NCBI GenBank assembly: GCA_964457295.1
Contig: CAYWEE010000001.1
Location: 14,298-78,297, forward strand
From: an uncultured Gammaproteobacteria bacterium
Lineage (GTDB): Bacteria; Patescibacteriota; Patescibacteriia; 2-12-FULL-60-25
Length of the DNA: 64,000 bases
Reading direction: 5' to 3'
Shown here: positions 1 to 8,050 of the stretch, one piece after another
Position numbering within the stretch: the stretch's first letter is position 1
How the letters are laid out: the number at the start of each line of letters is the position of its first letter
The notes under the pieces: model-generated
Told to the model about the DNA's origin: nothing
Databases searched by the model: none
The model's input: only the letters and a program-made list of their open reading frames with translations
Translations under genes and position numbers: made by a program

Positions 1-1
1 C

Positions 2-373
2 TTGATTGCCGTGTTCGCCTTTTTCTCGTTGCTCATCGTGTTTAATACGATTCGCGTGGCGATTTATACTCAGCGTGAAGAGATTGGTGTCATGCGCCTT
101 GTGGGGGCTTCGAGTGCGTATGTTCGTCTACCGTTTGTTCTGGAGGGAATATTTTTAGCGTTGTGCGCATTGGCGATTGCGAGTGGTATTACTGTTATGG
201 TCGCTTTGTATCTTGACCCTCGTCTTGTTGGTGTTTTTGGCGGAGAAAATCCCGGACTTGTTTCGTATATTTCTTCGCATGCCCCGATCTTGCTGCTATC
301 CGAAGGTGGGCTTTTGGCTGTACTCGTCTCGCTTTCTTCGTGGGCCGCAGCGGGAAAGTATTTGAAGCGATGA
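2..373 (+). CDS. ftsX: Cell-division ABC permease FtsX, C-terminal fragment (gene continues past the 5' window edge)
   Basis: ORF is open to the window edge. REEIGVMRLVGASSAYVRLPFVLEG plus two C-terminal TM helices match the FtsX TM3-TM4 region. Confidence 0.8.
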   Translation: MIAVFAFFSLLIVFNTIRVAIYTQREEIGVMRLVGASSAYVRLPFVLEGIFLALCALAIASGITVMVALYLDPRLVGVFGGENPGLVSYISSHAPILLLSEGGLLAVLVSLSSWAAAGKYLKR

Positions 374-374
374 T

Positions 375-1910
375 ATGAGGTCGTTTATGGAACAGGATCC
401 AGGGGGGTCTCGGGCGGCGCAAGAGGTTGCTGCGCGTCCGACACAACGCATCGAAAAGGATGCGCCACTGGAGACACGTCGTCGAAAATTATTTGACGCC
501 TTGTATAAGGCTCGACGGTATTTGATCGCCGGTGGAATGATTGTAACGGCAGCAAACGTTGATCCTATCAATGACGTACTTGTTGGGTCTGGGACGATTA
601 CTTTAGACCGAGGCGAGGCGCCGTCTTTTGAGGAGGTGCAGATGATGCTCGCCTTGAATGAGAAGGTTGGTAAGCGCGGCGGTGATTCAAGGCAGCAGTA
701 TTATCGGCGTCGTGCAGGGCGTGCAGAGGTCCAGGAGCAGGCGGCGGCACGTCTTCCTGTTTTTGAGAACGTGGAATCTCTTGGGATATCTTCAGAGCTG
801 CTATCTGGCTACATGATGGATGCGTTTCCACGACGATGGATTGATGCGCGGAATATCGTCAAAATGACATTTGGTGTTGAGCAGATGCCTGCGGCTCATA
901 TTCCGGGTTTGCCGCATGCACGGGAGATTGTCGCCTCCGTTCAATCCGCAGGTCTCTATGATAGTCCCGTGACGATTCAATTCGCAGAAAAACCGCTCAG
1001 TCCCTTGAGCCCAAAGACTGCCTATCAATTATTTACGGAATACGTACCTCATGCGATTGCGCATACACTTGATTGGTCCCATTCGCTTGATCTTTCCGCT
1101 CATGACGCTCTATTGTTTCAGAAGATTGCTGTAGATCGATCAACGGCCGAAGGACGACCGCTGTATTCATATCCTGAGCGTATTGAGACAACCAATCCGG
1201 ATGAGCTGCAGCAGGTCACAAAACATCGTTCCGAAGAATACTTCGCAGAGCTCATAAAGGATAGTTTACGCCCGTTTTTCGTACATACCGACGTACAAGA
1301 TTGGCCCGCGTGGCATCGCGCATTTGCTGCGCATCTTGAATCTGTACGCGGTGCAAGTTCCGAGGAGGCTGAGAAAAATGCAGCATTGGCCGAATGGATA
1401 TTCAAACACACAGGTGATGAATTTTTGCCATGGGTGCATGCGCAGCAGGCGCAGGAGCGTTTGGCGACGATCATGGATACGATTGCGCACACGTATCCTG
1501 AACATCTTTTTGATGCGCGTATACCCCCAGAGCTTACGGCGAAGCTTCTCGGTGGCTTAGAGCGGCGGCTCTCCACTCAAGAGCATGCAGGGGCTATAGC
1601 GTATCTTCGGCAGAGGGGCGATGGGCGTGGGGCTGGACGGGATGCTCTACGACACGGGCAGGCATCGTCACCCGCTGTGGAATCGGTTCGCATAGCTTGG
1701 GAGGACGTTTTAACCTCGATGGTGGAGATTCGCACGCAACGGGACGTGGGGCATGCGCCTGCCGCCTCAACGTGGTTCACGGTAGATGAGCGTTTGAATA
1801 TCTTTGCGAATAGGTTAGAGGAGCTACCTGAAACGGATCGTGCCATGTTTCTTTCGGTACTTGCGAGACGTGCTGGATTGGTTTTGCATCAAGACATTTC
1901 TGTGGAGTAA
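375..1910 (+). CDS. Hypothetical protein, 511 aa
   Basis: Long ORF. Its ATG lies 1 nt after the ftsX TGA, so it is probably co-transcribed. No motif recognised. Confidence 0.6.
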   Translation: MRSFMEQDPGGSRAAQEVAARPTQRIEKDAPLETRRRKLFDALYKARRYLIAGGMIVTAANVDPINDVLVGSGTITLDRGEAPSFEEVQMMLALNEKVGKRGGDSRQQYYRRRAGRAEVQEQAAARLPVFENVESLGISSELLSGYMMDAFPRRWIDARNIVKMTFGVEQMPAAHIPGLPHAREIVASVQSAGLYDSPVTIQFAEKPLSPLSPKTAYQLFTEYVPHAIAHTLDWSHSLDLSAHDALLFQKIAVDRSTAEGRPLYSYPERIETTNPDELQQVTKHRSEEYFAELIKDSLRPFFVHTDVQDWPAWHRAFAAHLESVRGASSEEAEKNAALAEWIFKHTGDEFLPWVHAQQAQERLATIMDTIAHTYPEHLFDARIPPELTAKLLGGLERRLSTQEHAGAIAYLRQRGDGRGAGRDALRHGQASSPAVESVRIAWEDVLTSMVEIRTQRDVGHAPAASTWFTVDERLNIFANRLEELPETDRAMFLSVLARRAGLVLHQDISVE

Positions 1911-1914
1911 TACT

Positions 1915-2367
1915 ATGAAAGATCACGCACGCATATTTCTCTTTGACGTTCTCTCTTTTACATATTTAGGTGAGATGTTGTGTATGAACGGAAAGATGTC
2001 GAGTTTTGTGTTGTCGGCAGAAGGGGAGAAGCGTTTGGGGGCAGATGTTGTTACATGGCAAACACAAGGGATTCCGTCGATGAAAGACATGGTATCGGGG
2101 ACTCGCCGGGTATTGGTGGAGTATGCCGTTCAACCACGCAGTTCACAATTCATGTCGGCGTTTACCGATTGGGCGTTGCATGAGCAGTTGCTTCCGCTGC
2201 ATATCCCAGATCATGTGGTGCATTGGTGGGAAAAGATTGTCACGCTACCGTTTACGTCTCGTGAGCGATTGTTGTTTTTGCGCGCACTGTGTCGCGCTCC
2301 CGTAGCGGATGCCAAGGCATGGGATCATGTGCTTGATACGGCACTTGCAGCATCGGCATCGTCATAA
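1915..2367 (+). CDS. Hypothetical protein, 150 aa
   Basis: ATG at 1915 lies 4 nt after the preceding TAA. The tracked ORF 1840..2367 probably starts at this internal Met (MKDHARIF). Confidence 0.5.
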   Translation: MKDHARIFLFDVLSFTYLGEMLCMNGKMSSFVLSAEGEKRLGADVVTWQTQGIPSMKDMVSGTRRVLVEYAVQPRSSQFMSAFTDWALHEQLLPLHIPDHVVHWWEKIVTLPFTSRERLLFLRALCRAPVADAKAWDHVLDTALAASASS

Positions 2368-2403
2368 TCAGCATGCTGTACTGACCGCTTTGATCAATCA
2401 AAC

Positions 2404-2430
2404 AGGGCGGACGCATCGGTCCGCCCCTAC
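2404..2430. repeat. GC hairpin repeat AGGGCGGACRCATCGGTCCGCCCCTAC (copy 1); likely bidirectional terminator
   Basis: GGGCGGAC / GTCCGCCC stem. Near-identical copy at 27559-27585. The pepF stop codon (2427-2429) lies inside the CCCCTAC tail. Confidence 0.6.
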
Positions 2431-4220
2431 CGTGATTGATGCAATGCCTTGGCTTCATCGATCAAATCTTGGATCATCTTGAGCCCGCCTTCCCAAAAGG
2501 CTTTGTCGCGGAGATTGATGCCGAACGCTTTGACGAGATCATCCGGTGATTCTGAGCCGCCTTTTTCGAGGAGGTCGAGATAGGCTGCGGCCATCTTGCT
2601 GCCGTCTGTTTGGTAGCGAGCGAACAGGGCGAGGGTCAGGAGTTCGCCAAAGGCGTAGGAGTAGACGTAGAAGGGTGTATGTATAAAGTGCGAGATGTAG
2701 CTCCACCAGATGTCATAATCTTTTGTGAGGGTCACGGCCTTGTCAAACATTTCTTGTTGCCGTGTTCGCCACAAGGCGCTGATACGTTCGGTAGTCAGTT
2801 CACCTTCCGTCTGGATGTTTTTATGCAGATCCTGTTCAAAACGATACATGGAGATTTGGCGATGGACGGTTGCAAAGATACTTTCGATTTTCCCTACAAT
2901 CAGTGCAAAGCGATCCTCGGGGCGTTTGAGTGTGCGGCGTAAGTGATCGAATACTAGCATCTCGCCAAAGACGCTCGCAGTTTCGGCGACGGTCAGTGGC
3001 ATGTAGAAGTTCAAGAAGTGTTGTTTGCGTGCGAGATAGGCGTGGATGCCGTGGCCGAGTTCGTGGGCCAACGTCATTACGTCGTCAGCTTTTTCTTGAT
3101 AGTTCACGAGAACATAGGGATGAAGATCTGGGGTCACGAACATGCAGAAAGCGCCAGAGCGTTTGCCGTTGCGCGGCGCGGCATCAATCCATTTTTTATC
3201 AAAGAATTCTTTGGCGATCGTAGCCATGGCCGGTGAAAAAGATCCAAAGGCGGTCAAGATGATTTTTTTAGCCTCTTCAAAACTGAAGCGTTGGGCGGCG
3301 CCAGGAAGGGGAGCGTAACGATCATAATCGTAGAGCGTATCGACCTTGAGGAGTTTTTGTTTGAAGCGATAAAAATCCTGGACCATTCCATAACTTGCAG
3401 CTACGGCTCCGGCGAGAGCGTCGACTGTCTCTTGGGTGGTTTCGTTATCGATATGTCGCGCAGCCTCTGGAGTAGCAAAGTGCCGGTAGCGATCTTCGAC
3501 CTGCTTGTCGCGCGCCAGAGTGTTAAAGATGAAGGTGAGGCGTCGTGATTCTTCGTGAAGTCCACGGGTAAAAAAGGTCGCAGCTTTTTTACGCTCGCTA
3601 CGTGAAGCGACGCGCAGTTTGCCTAATAATTCTGATTCGGACGCAGTTGTTCCGTTGGCGCTATTGGACGTGCGAAATCGCTTGAGAGACAGTTCTTCAT
3701 TGAATAATCGAACAAAGGCCATGCGTCCGGTTAGACGCAGGTCATTCATGAGTTGCTCTTGCGCTTCGTCTAAATGATGGGCTTTTTGTTCCCATTGAAG
3801 TTGCAGATAGTGTTTGTAGGAGCTTAGAGTTTTATCTTTCAGCAGACGACGAAACGTGTCATCAGACAGGCGGCTCATGGCAACCTGAAAGAAGACGAGC
3901 TTTTGTTCGATCTCAAGCGCACGAGTCTGCATGCGCTCGCGAAACGCGTTGAGTTCGGGTTTGCTGCTGTCGGCCTCCACGAGGAGCGTGGCATAGACGG
4001 CCGGCTTGGTGATGTCTTGCAGTAGGCTCTCGTAGTCACGGAGCGCGGATTTCATGGTCGCGGCAGATACGCTGTCGGTGATCTGTGAGCGATAGCGCTT
4101 AGCGAAGCGTTCCGTGCGTTTATTGAGCTCAACCAGAAGGGTTTCAATCGCTGGATCTTTGGGGCTTTTAAAGAGATCAGCAAGATTCCAGGAGGGGAGC
4201 GGGGAGGGCTTTGGCGGCAT
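2427..4220 (-). CDS. pepF: Oligoendopeptidase F family (M3B zinc metallopeptidase)
   Basis: 597 aa. HELGH zinc motif (TLAHELGHGIHAYL) and overall PepF-like layout. Confidence 0.85.
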   Translation of the reverse strand: MPPKPSPLPSWNLADLFKSPKDPAIETLLVELNKRTERFAKRYRSQITDSVSAATMKSALRDYESLLQDITKPAVYATLLVEADSSKPELNAFRERMQTRALEIEQKLVFFQVAMSRLSDDTFRRLLKDKTLSSYKHYLQLQWEQKAHHLDEAQEQLMNDLRLTGRMAFVRLFNEELSLKRFRTSNSANGTTASESELLGKLRVASRSERKKAATFFTRGLHEESRRLTFIFNTLARDKQVEDRYRHFATPEAARHIDNETTQETVDALAGAVAASYGMVQDFYRFKQKLLKVDTLYDYDRYAPLPGAAQRFSFEEAKKIILTAFGSFSPAMATIAKEFFDKKWIDAAPRNGKRSGAFCMFVTPDLHPYVLVNYQEKADDVMTLAHELGHGIHAYLARKQHFLNFYMPLTVAETASVFGEMLVFDHLRRTLKRPEDRFALIVGKIESIFATVHRQISMYRFEQDLHKNIQTEGELTTERISALWRTRQQEMFDKAVTLTKDYDIWWSYISHFIHTPFYVYSYAFGELLTLALFARYQTDGSKMAAAYLDLLEKGGSESPDDLVKAFGINLRDKAFWEGGLKMIQDLIDEAKALHQSR

Positions 4221-4359
4221 AGTGAAGTGTAGTGTACTGGCGGATTTGGTCCCTGGCTATATATTTTGTGCCGGGGGGTTGCATTTATTGGCTTTTTGAG
4301 GTATATGTACCTTCTCCAGCGCGCCGGTCGCGCGGAGGGAATGAGGGAGGAGTAGGGTT

Positions 4360-4812
4360 ATGTTGTCAGAGAGCATGGTCATCTTTCGTCAGGGAGGGGC
4401 GCGACGTTGTCACGAGCCCATCCCGCCGTCTTTGTTGACAAGGATCACGCGTTGGCAATATGGCGATTCCGTCTCTGCGGACGTTCTTCCTATGCTCATC
4501 CAGCTGATCATTGACGGTGACGATAGGCTTTCGCCGTCTCAACGCGGCCTTCGTCGTCTCGCCGTCTCGGTTCGATTGGATGACCATGTGTCGTCTAGCG
4601 ATGCGGTGCAGTGGGGCGTCGCGGCGTGTGAAACCTACAAGCGCCTAATGAGGAGTGAGCCGAACCGAGACCCTTGTCTCGTGGACGCTCCCCCGGATCG
4701 GTTTTGTACTGGCCAGTTCATCGCGGCCTTCTTCGGAAGACTCTATCCGAAGCGGCCGAAAATCCAATATGAGAATCTGGGGAAAGGAGTGGCTCTTTTT
4801 TTTGCAGCTTAG
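4360..4812 (+). CDS. Orphan hypothetical protein, 150 aa
   Basis: ORF preceded by a purine-rich SD (GGAGGAGTAGGG) and a GC hairpin leader (4319-4333), followed by a hairpin at 4831-4858. No motif recognised. Confidence 0.4.
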   Translation: MLSESMVIFRQGGARRCHEPIPPSLLTRITRWQYGDSVSADVLPMLIQLIIDGDDRLSPSQRGLRRLAVSVRLDDHVSSSDAVQWGVAACETYKRLMRSEPNRDPCLVDAPPDRFCTGQFIAAFFGRLYPKRPKIQYENLGKGVALFFAA

Positions 4813-4850
4813 CTCATCGCTACGTCTCCTGCCCGCCGGGGTTCTCTTCT

Positions 4851-4869
4851 CGGCGGGCGTTGGCTATTT
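4851..4869 (+). repeat. 19-nt direct repeat CGGCGGGCGTTGGCTATTT (copy 1), 3' half of a terminator-like hairpin
   Basis: Identical 19-mer at 5654-5672. GCCCGCCG (4831-4838) pairs with CGGCGGGC (4851-4858). Confidence 0.7.
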
Positions 4870-4892
4870 ATAGCCATTTTTTGCTGTTTTGG

Positions 4893-4921
4893 TTGACCAT
4901 ATTTGGTCATTATGGTTTACT
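4893..4921 (+). promoter_or_regulatory. Candidate sigma70-type promoter TTGACC-N17-TTTACT, with palindrome TGACCA-TATT-TGGTCA over the -35
   Basis: Hexamers at 4893-4898 and 4916-4921. Perfect 6-bp inverted repeat at 4894-4909. Lies upstream of ORF 4971. Confidence 0.35.
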
Positions 4922-4970
4922 AAGCCCGTTCTTTCGCGGTCGCGCGAAAGGGAAAGGTAAAAACCGAGGT

Positions 4971-5594
4971 ATGATGTCCCAGCACCCCTTAGCGGAGTGT
5001 TTTTTTGCTGTTTTGCCGGCGCGAGGGGGTGGCGTTGTGGTCGATGGGGCTGTAGAGCGAGCGGTGTTGGCAGACCTGCGCGTTCCCAGAGACCGTATCT
5101 TCAAAGGAGAGTATCTGCGCGTCACGTGTAGAACGGCGGCGCGTCCTAGCCTTCCTCCTCCTCCCTCCTCCCAGCGTGATCGTTCTTTTGCTGAGCCTGC
5201 CTTGCTCACCGCACCTGATCCGTCTTCTCTTGAGTCGAAACTCATCAGAGTTTCTGCGTGGCTCACTCTCAATGCTCCATCCGATGGAGATGAGGTGTAT
5301 CAGTGGGTTATCACGTACCTACGCCTTGTCGTGGTGCAGCTGAAACGACAGGTTAAGCTGCAGGGTGCGATTTGCTACCTCCCTCAGCCGCTAGGAGAGA
5401 CCTTGCTTCATCTGCTCGCGCTCATGCGCAAGAGAGGTATTGATATCTACGATGCGGGAATAAAACGGATGGATGTTATGAACAGTCTCGATTACGAGCC
5501 TGACTCATCGCCGCCATCTTCCAGCTCCTCTGTGTACGTTTTGCCTCCTGGCGAGGCAACACCCAAGCTCATTTCAGTCCGTTCTCGGCTTTGA
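4971..5594 (+). CDS. Orphan hypothetical protein, 207 aa, with Pro/Ser-rich linkers
   Basis: ATG at 4971 after GAGG. The tracked ORF 4860..5594 starts at a TTG inside the upstream terminator. No motif recognised. Confidence 0.4.
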   Translation: MMSQHPLAECFFAVLPARGGGVVVDGAVERAVLADLRVPRDRIFKGEYLRVTCRTAARPSLPPPPSSQRDRSFAEPALLTAPDPSSLESKLIRVSAWLTLNAPSDGDEVYQWVITYLRLVVVQLKRQVKLQGAICYLPQPLGETLLHLLALMRKRGIDIYDAGIKRMDVMNSLDYEPDSSPPSSSSSVYVLPPGEATPKLISVRSRL

Positions 5595-5653
5595 CCTCGT
5601 GGTCGGCCTCGAGTTTGGATGCTTCGTCGTCACGTCGCCCGTCGGATACTCTC

Positions 5654-5672
5654 CGGCGGGCGTTGGCTATTT
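5654..5672 (+). repeat. 19-nt direct repeat CGGCGGGCGTTGGCTATTT (copy 2), 3' half of a terminator-like hairpin
   Basis: Identical to 4851-4869. CGCCCGTCGG (5636-5645) pairs with CCGGCGGGCG (5653-5662) with one wobble. Confidence 0.7.
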
Positions 5673-5718
5673 GTGGGTTTTTCTTGACGGGCCCTTTTTG
5701 ATCCTGTTTGATGGTTGT

Positions 5719-6387
5719 ATGTCTTTTTCACGTCCGCTCACGCTAGCTACGATCTGTTCCGCCAAACGGGCGGTAATTTTTGATATGGATGGCACGATGG
5801 TGCATAACATGCCTGCGCATCACAAGGCATGGGATATCTTTTTTGAGCACCATAATCTGCATCTCACCCCTCAAGAGTATGCCGAGAAAGTTTCCACAAA
5901 ACAGGATGATGAGATCATGAGGAATTTATTTGGTACCTCGATTTCTGAACAAGACATCGCTCGCTACACGCAAGAAAAAGAATCCTGCTATCGAGAATTG
6001 TATCGTGAGCACGTTGTTGCCGTTCCTGGGTTGTGTGAGTTGCTAGAAAGGCTCCATGCACGTGCTATTCCTCTAGGTGTAGCGACGACCGCTGTCCGTG
6101 AAAATCGTGATTTGGTGTTTGATGCGTTGAGCGTTCGCCCTTTCTTTTCTGTTGTGGTTGGAGATGAGGATGTGGCGCGCGGCAAGCCGGATCCAGAAAT
6201 CTATTTCACCGCCGCCCGTCTTCTTGGTGTGGATCCCGCAGAATGTCTGGTTTTTGAAGATTCGCCGGCGGGCGTAACGGCGGCGCATCGTGCCGGGATG
6301 ACGGTTATCGGCGTTTTGACGTCTTACACCAAGCAGGATCTGGCTCTCGCCGATGATTGGATTTGCGACTACCGTGAGATACAATGA
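5719..6387 (+). CDS. HAD-superfamily hydrolase, beta-phosphoglucomutase-like
   Basis: DxDGT motif (VIFDMDGTMV), a cap domain, and a C-terminal GDEDVARGKPDPE...FEDSPAGV motif. Confidence 0.8.
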   Translation: MSFSRPLTLATICSAKRAVIFDMDGTMVHNMPAHHKAWDIFFEHHNLHLTPQEYAEKVSTKQDDEIMRNLFGTSISEQDIARYTQEKESCYRELYREHVVAVPGLCELLERLHARAIPLGVATTAVRENRDLVFDALSVRPFFSVVVGDEDVARGKPDPEIYFTAARLLGVDPAECLVFEDSPAGVTAAHRAGMTVIGVLTSYTKQDLALADDWICDYREIQ

Positions 6388-7052
6388 GCGTCATGATTGA
6401 TTGGAATAGGTTGGGTGAGCGTTTCGTGGCGACGGCGATCCATCTGCCGCTCGAGGTGTTTGTATTCGTTGGCTCGTTTGTCGAGGAAATCGTTTCTCCG
6501 ATTCCTTCCCAACTGGTCATGATTACCGCCGGTTCGGCGGCTCGATTGCAAAGCGTTGACGTGATTGGTTTGACGGTACTTGGTATGATTGGGGCGTTGG
6601 GAAAATTACTTGGCGCATGGATTTATTATGTCCTTGGTGACAAGTTGGAGCATATCCTGATCCCTCGTTTTGGAGGGTATATCGGTATTACCGAAAAAGA
6701 CATTGAGCGTGTTCGCGTGCGATTTCAGGGAACCTGGAAAGACGATGTCGCTTTGTTTTTGTTACGCTTTATTCCCATTATCCCCAGCGCTCCCGTTTCG
6801 ATTGCTTGTGGCATGATCCGGATGAATCGTCGTACGTATGTGACGGCGACGTTTTTGGGGGCGATGTTGCGCAATTGGCTGTATCTTGCCATTGGATATG
6901 TGGGTGCAGCGACGTATCGATCGTTATGGATGCGTGTTCACGCCGTTGAGGATCAGCTACGCATGATTGCCTTGGTGGTGGTTGTTTTGGGGGTCGCCGG
7001 CTGGTCGTTTTTGTACCTACGCAAGCGATACTGGACGAAGCATCAGGAGTGA
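6384..7052 (+). CDS. DedA/VTT-domain family membrane protein
   Basis: ATGA overlap with the HAD gene. Multi-TM with a FVEEIVSPIPSQLVMITAG motif typical of DedA. Confidence 0.7.
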   Translation: MSVMIDWNRLGERFVATAIHLPLEVFVFVGSFVEEIVSPIPSQLVMITAGSAARLQSVDVIGLTVLGMIGALGKLLGAWIYYVLGDKLEHILIPRFGGYIGITEKDIERVRVRFQGTWKDDVALFLLRFIPIIPSAPVSIACGMIRMNRRTYVTATFLGAMLRNWLYLAIGYVGAATYRSLWMRVHAVEDQLRMIALVVVVLGVAGWSFLYLRKRYWTKHQE

Positions 7053-7106
7053 TAGTTGAAGGATCGAAAACATACTCGACCACTTGTCAGGTGTGCCTTT
7101 TCTGTT

Positions 7107-7277
7107 ATGATGGCCGTCGAACCTTTTTGCGGAGGAGGAGTCGTGAATATTTTGCACTTCGTAGCTTGCCTGCTTGGCAGGCTTTTCATTGGGCTCATCG
7201 GCTCCACGGCAGTCGTTGCGGCATCGGTCGCGTTAGCGGTGGCTGCTCGTGATGCCTACAGGGGGCATAAACCTTGA
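7107..7277 (+). CDS. Possible small membrane protein (56 aa from the ATG; 73 aa from TTG 7056)
   Basis: Hydrophobic ORF followed by hairpin 7284-7313. No homology recognised. Confidence 0.25.
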   Translation: MMAVEPFCGGGVVNILHFVACLLGRLFIGLIGSTAVVAASVALAVAARDAYRGHKP

Positions 7278-7283
7278 ACGCGA

Positions 7284-7313
7284 ATCCCGTCGCCCGAACT
7301 TGGGCGGCGGGAT
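7284..7313. terminator. Hairpin between convergent small ORFs
   Basis: ATCCCGTCGCCC-GAACTT-GGGCGGCGGGAT, a 12-bp stem with one G.T pair. Confidence 0.5.
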
Positions 7314-7325
7314 CGTCATATATGA

Positions 7326-7448
7326 TTAAGAACGAAAAAAGATATTGGTGAGATGGAACGCGTACAAGAGATAGAGGCGGAATCCCAGTGCGAATAGGAC
7401 GACCAAGATAACGACGTAGACTATCCAGGAAGATCGTTTTGTGCTCAT
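7326..7448 (-). CDS. Possible 40-aa single-TM protein translationally coupled to tag
   Basis: Not in the ORF track (<60 aa). MSTKRSSWIVYVVILVVLFALGFRLYLLYAFHLTNIFFRS. Its ATG overlaps the tag TGA as ATGA. Confidence 0.35.
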   Translation of the reverse strand: MSTKRSSWIVYVVILVVLFALGFRLYLLYAFHLTNIFFRS

Positions 7449-8032
7449 ACTTTTGTGCAGCGAAAGCAGTTGACGGTGTGGTCATTAACCATGCCGACGG
7501 CCTGCATGTGGGCGTAGACCACCGTAGGTCCTAAGAATTTGAAGCCTCGTTTTTTGAGATCCTTGGACCAGGCCACGGCTTCGTCGATGGTTGTTGGGTA
7601 CTCTTTTGCCGTCTTAAGCTTATGGACGATGGGCTGATGTTTCACCCATGACCACATATAGCGATCGAACGTGCCAAATTCTTTTTGAATCTTGAGAAAC
7701 TGTTTAGCGTTCACGATAGCCGCTTCTATTTTTTGACGATTGCGAATGATACCGGCGTCTTGCATCAGCCGTTCGACGCGTTGGGGCGTGAATCGTGCAA
7801 CTTTATTGTAATCAAAATTGGCAAACGCTTTGCGAAAGTTTTCTCGTTTATGTAAAACGGTGCGCCACGAAAGCCCGGCCTGGAAGGTTTCGAGGATGAG
7901 AAATTCGTAGATTTTTTGATCGTCGTGTATGGGCACGCCCCACTCGGTGTCGTGATACGAGAGATAGAGCGGATCGTCAGCGCTTAGCCAGGGGCAGCGG
8001 GGGAGGGGTGTTGAGGTATTCATGTTGCGCAT
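7445..8032 (-). CDS. tag: DNA-3-methyladenine glycosylase I
   Basis: CPWLSADDPLYLSYHDTEWGVP...FLILETFQAGLSW is the Tag signature. The start is probably Met at 8032 or 8023 rather than 8200, which would overlap the divergent gene. Confidence 0.85.
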   Translation of the reverse strand: MRNMNTSTPLPRCPWLSADDPLYLSYHDTEWGVPIHDDQKIYEFLILETFQAGLSWRTVLHKRENFRKAFANFDYNKVARFTPQRVERLMQDAGIIRNRQKIEAAIVNAKQFLKIQKEFGTFDRYMWSWVKHQPIVHKLKTAKEYPTTIDEAVAWSKDLKKRGFKFLGPTVVYAHMQAVGMVNDHTVNCFRCTKV

Positions 8033-8050
8033 AGAGTATACTGTAGAGAT

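Noticed and set aside
4910-5272. A minus-strand 120-aa ORF was considered as an alternative to ORF 4971..5594.
   Set aside because: It is Gly/Arg/Ser-rich low-complexity sequence with no SD, while the plus-strand ORF has a promoter, leader and terminator architecture. Both remain weak, but the plus strand is favoured.
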